Origin: Phaeocystidibacter sp.
GTDB taxonomy: Bacteria > Bacteroidota > Bacteroidia > Flavobacteriales > Schleiferiaceae
Length of the DNA stretch: 64,000 nt
Direction of reading: 5' to 3'
Assembly (NCBI GenBank): GCA_965659725.1
Contig: CBFHXG010000009.1
Span: forward strand, 1,391-65,390
Position numbers and translations under genes: made by a program. The notes below the pieces were generated by a model. That model was not told the origin of the DNA, made no database searches, and saw only the letters and a list, made by a program, of their open reading frames with translations. Shown here one piece after another: positions 1-8,670 of this stretch (the first letter of the stretch is position 1; each line of letters begins with the position of its first letter).

Positions 1-83
1 CAATCGTTTGACAGCGCTGATACAACGATTGCTGAGGGTCGTTCAATTCCTTTGGGTCAGATTCATTTTTAAAACAATTTACA

Positions 84-1091
84 ATGAAAGCGAAAAACAC
101 CCTTCTAATGACCGCATTCGCGTTACTTTCCACTGTAACATGGGCGCAAGTAAGTGGCAATTACAACTATCGCACAGCAGCCAATCAACAACTTCGATCC
201 ACGGTTTCTCTCCCAACATCGAGCTCGTTGGTGAGTCTTCAACCTGTAGATTATCAATATTACTCCGTCAAAGGGTTGATGAACTGCGAGGCAGACAGCT
301 ACCTCGCGATCTTCACGATCACTCAATTGGGGACATCCCAAACAGAAACGGAAACGCTCGTACGGCAAAAGACCAACGCCATCAAAAGTGCTTTGCAGGC
401 AGATGGTGTGGATGTTGAAACCTTCGTAGATATGATCTCTTTCGTTCCGATCTATGAAGTGCAAGTGACCAAGAAACTCTTCTCGGAAGACACCTACAAC
501 GAGATCCCGAAGGGTTTTGAACTAAAGAAGAATCTACATTTCAGATACTCCGATCCAGAGGTGCTCGAGAAACTGGTAACCCTCTGCGCAGAGCAGGAAA
601 TCTATGACCTCGTTAGAGTAGATTATTTCATTGAAGATCTCGAAGCCAAGAAGGCGGAGATGATTGCCAAGGCGGAGACCATACTTCGTGCGGAAGTGGA
701 ACGCTACCAACGTTTCGTAGGAGATGACCTGAGCACTTCCAATGTTCAATTCGGAGATGGCTTTAGAATGACCTATCCCGTTGAGCGCTATCAAACCTAC
801 ACGGCATACAGTTCAAATGCACTTAATGTGAGAACGGAAAATGGTACAGTGGTACAGCAAGACCACACCACATCCGAGTTCTACATGCCTATCGTGGCCA
901 AGGGGTACGACTTTGTGATCAACCCATCCATCCTTGAGCCGGTGATACAAATCGAATACGAGATCGCCTTGCGCTATACACCGATGCCGGAAGAGGAGCG
1001 AGAACCGCAGGTAATTACAGAGACCAAAGTTGAAAGAGAGGTCATCTTGATCACTTCGGAAGGTGAACTACGGGAAATCGATCTGGATTAA
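84..1091 (+). CDS. SIMPL (DUF541) domain secreted protein
   Basis: 335-aa ORF with signal peptide; pattern ADSYLAIFTITQ...K...EA...A...A..L resembles the Bacteroidota SIMPL family. Confidence 0.65.
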   Translation: MKAKNTLLMTAFALLSTVTWAQVSGNYNYRTAANQQLRSTVSLPTSSSLVSLQPVDYQYYSVKGLMNCEADSYLAIFTITQLGTSQTETETLVRQKTNAIKSALQADGVDVETFVDMISFVPIYEVQVTKKLFSEDTYNEIPKGFELKKNLHFRYSDPEVLEKLVTLCAEQEIYDLVRVDYFIEDLEAKKAEMIAKAETILRAEVERYQRFVGDDLSTSNVQFGDGFRMTYPVERYQTYTAYSSNALNVRTENGTVVQQDHTTSEFYMPIVAKGYDFVINPSILEPVIQIEYEIALRYTPMPEEEREPQVITETKVEREVILITSEGELREIDLD

Positions 1092-1111
1092 GTAGTTCTA
1101 AGAAAAAAAGT

Positions 1112-1161
1112 AAAAGCAACGGGGGTACTCAGATCAACTCTGAGTGCCCTGTTGCTTTTTT
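1112..1161. terminator. Bidirectional intrinsic terminator
   Basis: aaaagcaac-ggggg-tactcaga/tcaac/tctgagtg-ccct-gttgctttt hairpin with A- and T-tracts, between convergent genes. Confidence 0.85.
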
Positions 1162-1172
1162 AATTGTCGGCG

Positions 1173-3428
1173 CTATCGCCTTACTACCACCTTTACGGTG
1201 TGAACCTCTTCTTCTCGGGCAAGCTGTAGTACGTACATACCTGAACTGTATTCGCTCACATTGAGGAAGTCGTTGTCCTGTAAGATACCTGATTGGAGAA
1301 CACGTCCATTGAGATCCATCAACTGAAAATCAACCTCTGTCTCCAAACCACGAACATAGACACGATCTTGAGCAGGCTGTGGGTAAACAACCAGCTGATT
1401 GAGTTCATTCTCCTCGACACTAACCGCCATTTGCCCATTGAATACAAATGGCACAAGTTCATTGGTTAACGATTGTCCGGCAATGCTACCCGCAATTTGA
1501 GTAACCTGCACCGCTTGGTAGTAATGAGGTAGGCTCACTGGTGCAAATGGAACTTCAATGGCGCCACTATCAACTACCAGTTCTACCTTGCTCGATGGCC
1601 CGATCAAGAAGATCTGCGTGTTGTAGGTGAACTTAACTCCCTCTGCACCCGCAGGCACACCTATGGCCTCATGCACATCGTTGTTATAATCGGTTAAACG
1701 AAGTCTTACCGTTCCCGTTTTGTTGCTTAGCTCAGCGCCTGGGATCAACACTTCTTCTATAGCCAGTGTTGCATCGAATCCGCCGATAGAGATGTTAGCA
1801 CCATATGTACTGTTATCGTCCAATGTCAAGAAGTCATTTGGGTCGACCGGTTGATCGATCATGAATACTCCAGCAGAAGAATCTGGAAGAACCTGGATGG
1901 AATCAGACAAAGAGAAGCAACCTCCATTTACACCCGCAATGTGATACATCCCGGATGAGGAGATGTTAACCAATGTATCATTGAAGGCGAAAGGCACAAA
2001 GTAGTACAAGAATGCATGTGCATCAAAGTCTCCAGGGTTGGTCAATTCGATCTGGTTCGGAGCCGGCTTATTGCCGATTGGGGTGATGCTCGCACCCACC
2101 TCTACTGTATACTTTCCTCTGAGCACTCCATCCACATAACATAGGTACGTTATATCCGAAGAAGGACTTGCCGTTACCGTTTGCGTGTTGGCCACATTCA
2201 GGTCGGCAACTGGAGTCCACGAATAAGTGGAGCCTGTGATAGGGGCTGAGAGTTGTATCGTCTGACCTTGACATATACCGAAAGTGTCGACGTCCACTGA
2301 ATCAAACGGAATGGTAACTTCTACAGTGATCGGGGTGCTAAAAGGAATTGGACACCCATTGTCCCTAGCGGTGTAAACGAAATTGTACACTCCACCTGGC
2401 AAGTTGTTGGGAATGACCCACTCAAATTCAGTTGAATTTATCGAGGGGCTGGTGTATCCACTTTGCGGCGCAACCGGAGTGAAGGTCCAGTTACCTGCCG
2501 GTCCGCCTAGAGAAGCCGCTATCTGCTGAGGAGTGAAGTTCGGATTAAAGTCGAAATCAGATGTCATGAATTGTATCAGCAAAGAATCCCCTCTCGAGGC
2601 CGTAGTCTGATACTTGACAGAGTCCTGCGTAGTTAAAACTGAACTCGTTGACATATTGATCTGCGGAGGGCTATTTGACGTACTGGTTGCCGTCTTGCTG
2701 AACCTCCAGTCGATATGTACTTCTGACGTAGTATTACCTCCAGCGTCGGCAGAGTGCGCCTCTGCAGAAATGAAATACGCTCCCTGTGTAGTGGCACCAA
2801 AGTAGTATAGACCTCCAGGTGTTAGGAAGTCGTTTGGAGAGGACGGTTGTTGGTATGAATACCCAGTGTTATAGGCCACTGGCATGATGCTACCAGAAAT
2901 TTCGGTCAGTGGTTCTGTCAATCCAACCTGCGTTTGAAGGTTGGCCGGGTTGGTAGGGTTAAAGTACAACGTGCTGCCTCCGCCAATACGTGCAATGGAA
3001 TTGAAACGCGGACTACTCAAGTTGGCGCCCGCAGGATACATTCTTGATTCAATTACGAAAACGCCGGTGTTGTTGACATTCACTGAATTAGCTCTACAGC
3101 AATCATTGATCACAAAATGAATTGGAGCGGATGTAGGTGCTGGTATATTCAATGTCATCTTGAACCTCTGTATCCTGTAAGTGGAATTTATACAGTTGTT
3201 CGCCACTTGGATAAGCGTATCGGATAGTGCTGTGTGGCTTACCCCATCGATTTCGATGTTAACAGATCCTGGAGGAAACGCACCTGAAGCGTCGTAATAC
3301 ACATCTGCGTAAACGTCGTATTGATCGTTACCGAGTGCATCCCAGTAGATTTGTCCGCCGAGGACATGGGTTGCGGAACTCATCAGAGGTAACGTAAAAG
3401 CGAAAAGGGCGAGTAGTAGTTTCTTCAT
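1173..3428 (-). CDS. T9SS type A CTD-containing secreted protein
   Basis: Start moved to MKKLLL (3428); signal peptide, THVLGGQI N-terminal motif, Ig-like middle region, C-terminal VYPQPAQD...G.Y...KVVVRR sorting domain. Confidence 0.85.
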   Translation of the reverse strand: MKKLLLALFAFTLPLMSSATHVLGGQIYWDALGNDQYDVYADVYYDASGAFPPGSVNIEIDGVSHTALSDTLIQVANNCINSTYRIQRFKMTLNIPAPTSAPIHFVINDCCRANSVNVNNTGVFVIESRMYPAGANLSSPRFNSIARIGGGSTLYFNPTNPANLQTQVGLTEPLTEISGSIMPVAYNTGYSYQQPSSPNDFLTPGGLYYFGATTQGAYFISAEAHSADAGGNTTSEVHIDWRFSKTATSTSNSPPQINMSTSSVLTTQDSVKYQTTASRGDSLLIQFMTSDFDFNPNFTPQQIAASLGGPAGNWTFTPVAPQSGYTSPSINSTEFEWVIPNNLPGGVYNFVYTARDNGCPIPFSTPITVEVTIPFDSVDVDTFGICQGQTIQLSAPITGSTYSWTPVADLNVANTQTVTASPSSDITYLCYVDGVLRGKYTVEVGASITPIGNKPAPNQIELTNPGDFDAHAFLYYFVPFAFNDTLVNISSSGMYHIAGVNGGCFSLSDSIQVLPDSSAGVFMIDQPVDPNDFLTLDDNSTYGANISIGGFDATLAIEEVLIPGAELSNKTGTVRLRLTDYNNDVHEAIGVPAGAEGVKFTYNTQIFLIGPSSKVELVVDSGAIEVPFAPVSLPHYYQAVQVTQIAGSIAGQSLTNELVPFVFNGQMAVSVEENELNQLVVYPQPAQDRVYVRGLETEVDFQLMDLNGRVLQSGILQDNDFLNVSEYSSGMYVLQLAREEEVHTVKVVVRR

Positions 3429-3538
3429 GGTAGAACAGATTAGCTGTGCTAAGCTAACGTCTACATGAATGTGTATCAATGGCAAATGAGTTTGCGCATT
3501 ATTGGAGGTGTTCATCGATTATCGGAAATGTAAATGCC

Positions 3539-4636
3539 TCAATCGACATAGCGCTTTTTGATGAACTTGGATATAAGCATCCTGGCAACGGCCATATAGT
3601 TTGAGGCAAATTTGACCTGATGTCCAACACTGTATTGCTCACGCAGCCGGGGGTCATCGTGACCAACATCTACAACGAGCATATCGCTAGTAATTCCCAC
3701 GAATTTCACCTCAGCATCCTGCGGTTCAATACCCTCTCTGTCAACGTCCAAAAGTCCAACATCGAGGATAGCCTTGAGAGAAGATCGCTGCCTATCCCCT
3801 TCCTCAAAATCGCGAGTTTCACCGATGTTGGCTTCGCTGATCTTGCCATCGGGAGCGAGCTTCTTCTCTTCAACTTCAATGATGTTAGCGATCATCTCAA
3901 AAGTATCCGTATGTAGGTCTAGGAACCGCTCATTGTAAAGCGGACTAACCCCAAAGAATGCTGCCTCGCCTACACGAAAGTGGTTCACCTCGCTGGGAAC
4001 GGTGCCTTCTATGACCTTGGGAAGGGTGATGCTTGTTCCTCCCGAAACGTACTTCAGTTCCTTGTTGAACTTCTCACTGATCATCTCTTTGTACAAGGCC
4101 AACTGCAGCATTTTATCCTCTGTAGGCTCAATGCCGTACATGCAACCCAGGTTAGAGCCGATACCTATGATGTCGATGTTTGGAAGATTAAAGACACTCC
4201 TGTAGAAATCCATTACTTCATCGCGCTTTACCCCTTCGCGCAATTCACCCATCTCGATCATCACGATCACTTTATGAATAATACCCGCCTTCTTGGCCGC
4301 TTCATTCAGGGAGATGATCGTATCATAGGATGTATTCAAAGAGATATCGGCATACTTGATGACCTCTTCGGCCTCGCCTCTCACTGGCGGACGAATCAAG
4401 ATGGTTCGCATATCCGGCCGCACGGATTTTAGAGTCTTCAAGTTGTCAAGCCTCGAGTCACCAACCGATTGTATCAATTTGAGGACGTCATCGGTAAGGA
4501 TCCGCTCCATGAATTCAGGATCTCCCGAAAAAACCTTGGTGATCAAACTCCACTCCCTGTTGTGCTTGCGAAAGAATTCGCTGAGGGTCTTGATGTTCTC
4601 CCGGATCTTCTTGGTGTGAATGACTAACTCTGCCAT
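3539..4636 (-). CDS. PLP-dependent alanine/ornithine racemase-family enzyme (fold type III)
   Basis: ITKV PLP-lysine, MIEMGELREG, GSNLGC, SGGTS, FRVGEA and GITSDM motifs. Confidence 0.85.
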   Translation of the reverse strand: MAELVIHTKKIRENIKTLSEFFRKHNREWSLITKVFSGDPEFMERILTDDVLKLIQSVGDSRLDNLKTLKSVRPDMRTILIRPPVRGEAEEVIKYADISLNTSYDTIISLNEAAKKAGIIHKVIVMIEMGELREGVKRDEVMDFYRSVFNLPNIDIIGIGSNLGCMYGIEPTEDKMLQLALYKEMISEKFNKELKYVSGGTSITLPKVIEGTVPSEVNHFRVGEAAFFGVSPLYNERFLDLHTDTFEMIANIIEVEEKKLAPDGKISEANIGETRDFEEGDRQRSSLKAILDVGLLDVDREGIEPQDAEVKFVGITSDMLVVDVGHDDPRLREQYSVGHQVKFASNYMAVARMLISKFIKKRYVD

Positions 4637-6021
4637 TTGAATTGTTTTTGATTCCCGGTGAATTGAATGATCGTGAATACAACAGCCGAAAGTAGAATAC
4701 CGAAGAAATTCTCGTCCAAGCCATAGGGAAGATCGATAGAAGTTAAAATTAAGGTCAACGTTGTCAATCCCCCAATGATCATTGCAATAAATGCGGCAAG
4801 CGGATCAGGTTCCTTGAAGATAAGCGTACCCATTACGGGAATAAACAGGCCTGAAACCATGAAAGCATAGGAATAGAGCATAAGATCGAGTACGCTGGTT
4901 ACGAAGGTTGCAAGTACGATGGCAAATGCTCCGATGATTAGCGTGATAAACTGAGAAGATCGTATCTCAGACCTCTTCTTACGGTTGAAAAAGTAGCCTC
5001 GAATGTCCGTGATAAAATTCCCCGACGCCGCCATCAAGCAACTGTCGGCGGTTGACATGATCGCTGAGAAATAGGCAGACATCATCAACCCCATGAGTCC
5101 AACGGGAAGGATCTGCCTCAACAAAACCGGCAAACCAAGCTCGGAGTCCATTTCACTTCCGGGAGCAAAGCCAAGGTCGGTAAACATGCCCTGCTCAAAG
5201 GCCACGCGTGCAAATAGACCTAATGCAATTCCCATGAAGGCCATGATCGGCCACTCAAATAATCCGGCTACACGCCATGCTCGTTTGGCTGTTTTCTCAT
5301 CGTTACAGGCATACACTCGTTGATAAAGCGTCATGCCTACAAACCATATCGGAACAATGGTGATCGCCCAATTCAGGAGTTGAACGGGTTCAACATTGGT
5401 TAGGGTAAGAAAGCGATCGGGGACGTGTTGGGCGATACTATCCCAACCACCGATCTCAACGTAGGCAACGGGAATCCCAATGAAAATGAGTCCTCCCATT
5501 AAAATAATCCACTGGATAGTGTCTGTATAGATCACGGCCTTGATACCGCCAATTACGGTATAACCAACAGCAATGATACCCATGATCAATGCGGCATTCT
5601 GTATGGTCAAGGATGGAAATGTGGCCGAGGCAAGTTTGGCTCCGGCGAGGATCTGAGAGCTTGTGAATCCCGTGTAACCGATGAAGGAAATGATACCTGC
5701 CACGAGGGCCACTCGAGGCGTGTAGTGATGTCGAAGGATCTGCGGGAACGTAAGGAAATTATGCTTCCTGGCGATGGGATACACGTGAGGAATCAGAAAT
5801 GCGGCGCTCAGCCAAGCTCCGAGTAATCCGGTAAAGAGCATCCAGCTGCCGGATAGGCCCATTAAAAAACCCAAACCACCCAAGCCAATGGAAAACCCAC
5901 CGCCTACGTCTGTGGCTACCACTGAAAGACCAATATGGCCGGCCTTCATCTTTCTTCCTCCAACGAAGTAATCGTCGTCGGACTTATTGTGCTTGAGAAA
6001 GTAGACACCCACGCCTACCAT
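4624..6021 (-). CDS. Sodium:solute symporter (SSS family); true start probably further upstream
   Basis: DDYFVGGR, GG.KAVIYTD.IQ and SAIMSTADS motifs; many TM helices. Confidence 0.9.
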   Translation of the reverse strand: MVGVGVYFLKHNKSDDDYFVGGRKMKAGHIGLSVVATDVGGGFSIGLGGLGFLMGLSGSWMLFTGLLGAWLSAAFLIPHVYPIARKHNFLTFPQILRHHYTPRVALVAGIISFIGYTGFTSSQILAGAKLASATFPSLTIQNAALIMGIIAVGYTVIGGIKAVIYTDTIQWIILMGGLIFIGIPVAYVEIGGWDSIAQHVPDRFLTLTNVEPVQLLNWAITIVPIWFVGMTLYQRVYACNDEKTAKRAWRVAGLFEWPIMAFMGIALGLFARVAFEQGMFTDLGFAPGSEMDSELGLPVLLRQILPVGLMGLMMSAYFSAIMSTADSCLMAASGNFITDIRGYFFNRKKRSEIRSSQFITLIIGAFAIVLATFVTSVLDLMLYSYAFMVSGLFIPVMGTLIFKEPDPLAAFIAMIIGGLTTLTLILTSIDLPYGLDENFFGILLSAVVFTIIQFTGNQKQFKWQS

Positions 6022-6102
6022 GAAGAGTAGATAAGCTACGAAAATGGCTAGATCTACTGGGTGAATATCTAAATTGAGAATGAAATCGGGTAACTCGATA
6101 AC

Positions 6103-6543
6103 TTATTTCTTTAGGCGCATTTCCAAGTACGGATTGGTGAAGCCCAGCTTTTCATATAATCCTTTGGCGGGGTTATCTGCGTCTACATGAAGAGCTATAT
6201 CACCTTCCGTTTTCTCGATTGCCTTCTTCATGAGTTCTGTCCCCAAGCCGGTACCTCGGTAATCGCTATGCGTCGCGATGTAAACGAGAATGTTTTCTGG
6301 AATGTATCCGCTCATGCCTGTTTTATTGAGAATCACGGCACCTTTAAGCACATCATCTTCTATCAATTCGAGCACGGTTCCACCTGGTGCTCCATTCTCG
6401 CCCAAGGCATAGTTCAATGCTTTGGTTATCTGGTCTTGAGGGTCGCCATATTTACCCAACTGTTCGTGCAAGAACTTCACGATGGAACGCTTCACACTTT
6501 CCGTAGGCCGATCATCTGGACTATAAGTGTTGATCTGTCTCAT
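6103..6543 (-). CDS. GNAT family N-acetyltransferase
   Basis: Acetyl-CoA motif A (YRGTGLGTELM) and motif B (NPAKGLYEKLGF). Confidence 0.9.
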   Translation of the reverse strand: MRQINTYSPDDRPTESVKRSIVKFLHEQLGKYGDPQDQITKALNYALGENGAPGGTVLELIEDDVLKGAVILNKTGMSGYIPENILVYIATHSDYRGTGLGTELMKKAIEKTEGDIALHVDADNPAKGLYEKLGFTNPYLEMRLKK

Positions 6544-6578
6544 GCAACTGTTTTAGTTTGATGGAGAGTATACAAAAA

Positions 6579-6634
6579 GATACGTTGATCTGTTTATCTG
6601 TTGATACGTTTATCCGTTTCTCTGTTCATCCGTT
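6579..6634. repeat. Seven-unit degenerate octamer array (NATCYGTT)
   Basis: gatacgtt gatctgtt tatctgtt gatacgtt tatccgtt tctctgtt catccgtt. Confidence 0.9.
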
Positions 6635-6661
6635 AGCTTGAACGAATTACGGTGGTGCTGA

Positions 6662-6870
6662 TCAAACCTAACTCGCCTTTCGATCAACGAGCGAGCCCTG
6701 AAGCCTTTTGGCCCTCTTGCCCCCTATCAAAGAATTCACGGGGATATTAAAGAATTGAGCCTTGATTGCCTCGACAGCCCTGGCAAGGTTCATCCGTTTA
6801 TCCGTTTTCTTGAACCCATAACGAGGACTATATTCAAACCTAACTCGCCATTCGATCAACGAGTGAGCCC
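6662..6870. repeat. Direct repeat pair, 37-bp core, period 172 bp
   Basis: 6662-6698 vs 6834-6870: tcaaacctaactcgcc(t/a)ttcgatcaacgag(c/t)gagccc, 35/37 identical. Confidence 0.95.
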
Positions 6871-6955
6871 CGGAGCCTCGGGGTCCTGGAGCCTTGGTGC
6901 CTTAGTCTTTTGGCCCAGTGGCCCTCTTGCCCCCCTTGCGCCTTTGCGTGAGGCC

Positions 6956-6983
6956 AAAAAAAACCCCAGCTTTCGCCAGGGTT
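6956..6983 (-). terminator. Intrinsic terminator of the rhodopsin gene
   Basis: Minus strand AACCCUGGC-GAAA-GCUGGGGUU followed by a U-tract. Confidence 0.85.
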
Positions 6984-7004
6984 CCAAATTAAAGTAAGCA
7001 GCTA

Positions 7005-7733
7005 TTACTTCTTACCGCTCGTCACGGCAATGTTGTATACTACAAGTCCGAATCCAATCTTATTGACCGCATCGGCGATGTTGTAGAAGAGGTCTACATT
7101 AGTAGACTCCCATCCCAAACCGACGTTCAGCCAACCCCCTGGCATACACATGTATCCGATTGGGTAGATCGCCCAACCCACGAGTACGAACCAAGCCAAG
7201 GTGCGTACACCTCTTTTCACGGTAGGGTCGCCAGAATTATCTGCCAATTTCTTCACCTCTCCTGCCCATGCAGAATAGAGTACATATACATAACCGATAG
7301 TAGAAAGCACACCCCAAGTTACAGAGTGACTAGTGCTTCCATCCGTAAAGGCTTCTCCAATGTAGCCCGTAACTAACATGAATGCTGAAGCAATAATGAG
7401 TTTCCACATTAAGCTTTTCTTGGCACCTGCAGGCTTCGTAAGCAAATAGAACTCCACACACATCAATGGCACCGTAAGAGTCCAATCGATGTACCTCAAC
7501 GCCGTTGGGTTCTCTCCAGTTGCCGTGTACACATCGCGCATGTAGTAATAATGCACTGCTGCGATGCCGGTAATTAGTCCAGAAACCAAGAGGGACGTCT
7601 TCCACTTGTCATCTACCCTACTTCTTTCGAAGAAGAAGAATACCGACGCGGCAAACATGGCCATGTAGCCCGTGAAAAACGTGAACGCTACGGGATCATC
7701 CTTTGGGATGGTCACAACATCTAATAAGTTCAT
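7005..7733 (-). CDS. Proteorhodopsin, DTE proton pump, probably green-absorbing (Met at PR105)
   Basis: Helix C RYIDWTLTVPLMCVE (D97/T101/E108), AVHYYYMR (His75), DAVNKIG (D227/K231); start at MNLLD. Confidence 0.95.
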   Translation of the reverse strand: MNLLDVVTIPKDDPVAFTFFTGYMAMFAASVFFFFERSRVDDKWKTSLLVSGLITGIAAVHYYYMRDVYTATGENPTALRYIDWTLTVPLMCVEFYLLTKPAGAKKSLMWKLIIASAFMLVTGYIGEAFTDGSTSHSVTWGVLSTIGYVYVLYSAWAGEVKKLADNSGDPTVKRGVRTLAWFVLVGWAIYPIGYMCMPGGWLNVGLGWESTNVDLFYNIADAVNKIGFGLVVYNIAVTSGKK

Positions 7734-7844
7734 AGCAGTAAATTTTTGATTAATGGAGACTATAACCAATTCATTTGCAACTTGTTTATGTTTCGTGAAT
7801 AAAAAGTTAAACGGGTCGATTTTTCATGCTTGGATTTCCGTTGG

Positions 7845-7892
7845 AGTTATTAACATCTGTTAATAACTATTTGTGTTAAAACACCTGTTTTA
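7845..7892. promoter_or_regulatory. Two AACA-N2-TGTT palindromes, candidate operator
   Basis: agttattaaca-tc-tgttaataact (7845-7868) and taaaaca-cc-tgtttta (7877-7892). Confidence 0.55.
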
Positions 7893-7936
7893 CAGTCACT
7901 TAACAAAACCCGACAGCGGGGTTTATGTTAGGAATT

Positions 7937-7944
7937 TATTTTTG
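7937..7944 (+). promoter_or_regulatory. Bacteroidota sigma-A -7 element
   Basis: TAttTTTG 18 nt before ATG 7963. Confidence 0.6.
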
Positions 7945-7962
7945 CATCAAAACTTCGTGACT

Positions 7963-8121
7963 ATGGCAACTATTGAAGATTCTCAGGTAGATCAATTCAT
8001 TACTCGTCGTATGATGCGCTATTGCCGCGAGGCAGGAATGAACTTTTTCGAGACTGCAAAAGCGATGCGACTAAATGCTCACGATCGCGAACGACTAGAA
8101 TCAGATTGGATCGAGAGTTAA
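7963..8121 (+). CDS. Small hypothetical protein (52 aa)
   Basis: MATIEDSQ...WIES; ATG preceded by a -7 promoter element. Confidence 0.55.
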   Translation: MATIEDSQVDQFITRRMMRYCREAGMNFFETAKAMRLNAHDRERLESDWIES

Positions 8122-8193
8122 TTCGATTCGATTTCGGCATTGAGATGACTTATATCATTCTCGATCCACGCACAGGCCTCGTACCTTTGTAGC

Positions 8194-8589
8194 ATGGAGA
8201 ATGAAATGAGATTTCACACAAGAAAGTGGATCAAGCCAGAGGACTTGAATCCCAATGGCACTCTTTTCGGCGGTAGCCTTTTACGCTGGATTGATGAAGA
8301 GGCCGCCATCTACGCCCATATCCAACTCGATAATGTGCGAGTTGTAACCAAATACATATCTGAGATCAACTTTGTCTCATCGGCCGTTCAAGGCGACATC
8401 ATAGAACTGGGTATTGTTGCCACCAAGTTTGGGTCGACCTCACTAACGCTGCAGGTTGAGGTCCGCAACAAACTAACACGCAAAACCATCCTCAAGATCG
8501 ATAAGATGGTGTTCGTGAACCTCGGCGAAGACGGAAATCCAGAGCCGCACGGGAAAACGAAGATCGAATATGCCAGAGATAGGATCTAA
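8194..8589 (+). CDS. Acyl-CoA thioesterase (hotdog fold)
   Basis: DLNPNGTLFGG.LL.WIDE motif. Confidence 0.9.
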   Translation: MENEMRFHTRKWIKPEDLNPNGTLFGGSLLRWIDEEAAIYAHIQLDNVRVVTKYISEINFVSSAVQGDIIELGIVATKFGSTSLTLQVEVRNKLTRKTILKIDKMVFVNLGEDGNPEPHGKTKIEYARDRI

Positions 8590-8615
8590 GGCTACCAAAG
8601 CTCTAGACCCAGTTC

Positions 8616-8655
8616 AAAAAGAAAACCCCGAGCCATTGGCCCGGGGTTCTTTATT
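8616..8655. terminator. Bidirectional terminator
   Basis: aaccccg-agcc/att/ggc-c-cggggtt with flanking A- and T-rich tracts. Confidence 0.75.
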
Positions 8656-8670
8656 TCCGATCAATAGATA

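Noticed and set aside
6635-6870. CRISPR array
   Set aside because: Only two units, an 18-nt variable segment and no cas genes; kept as an unexplained repeat instead
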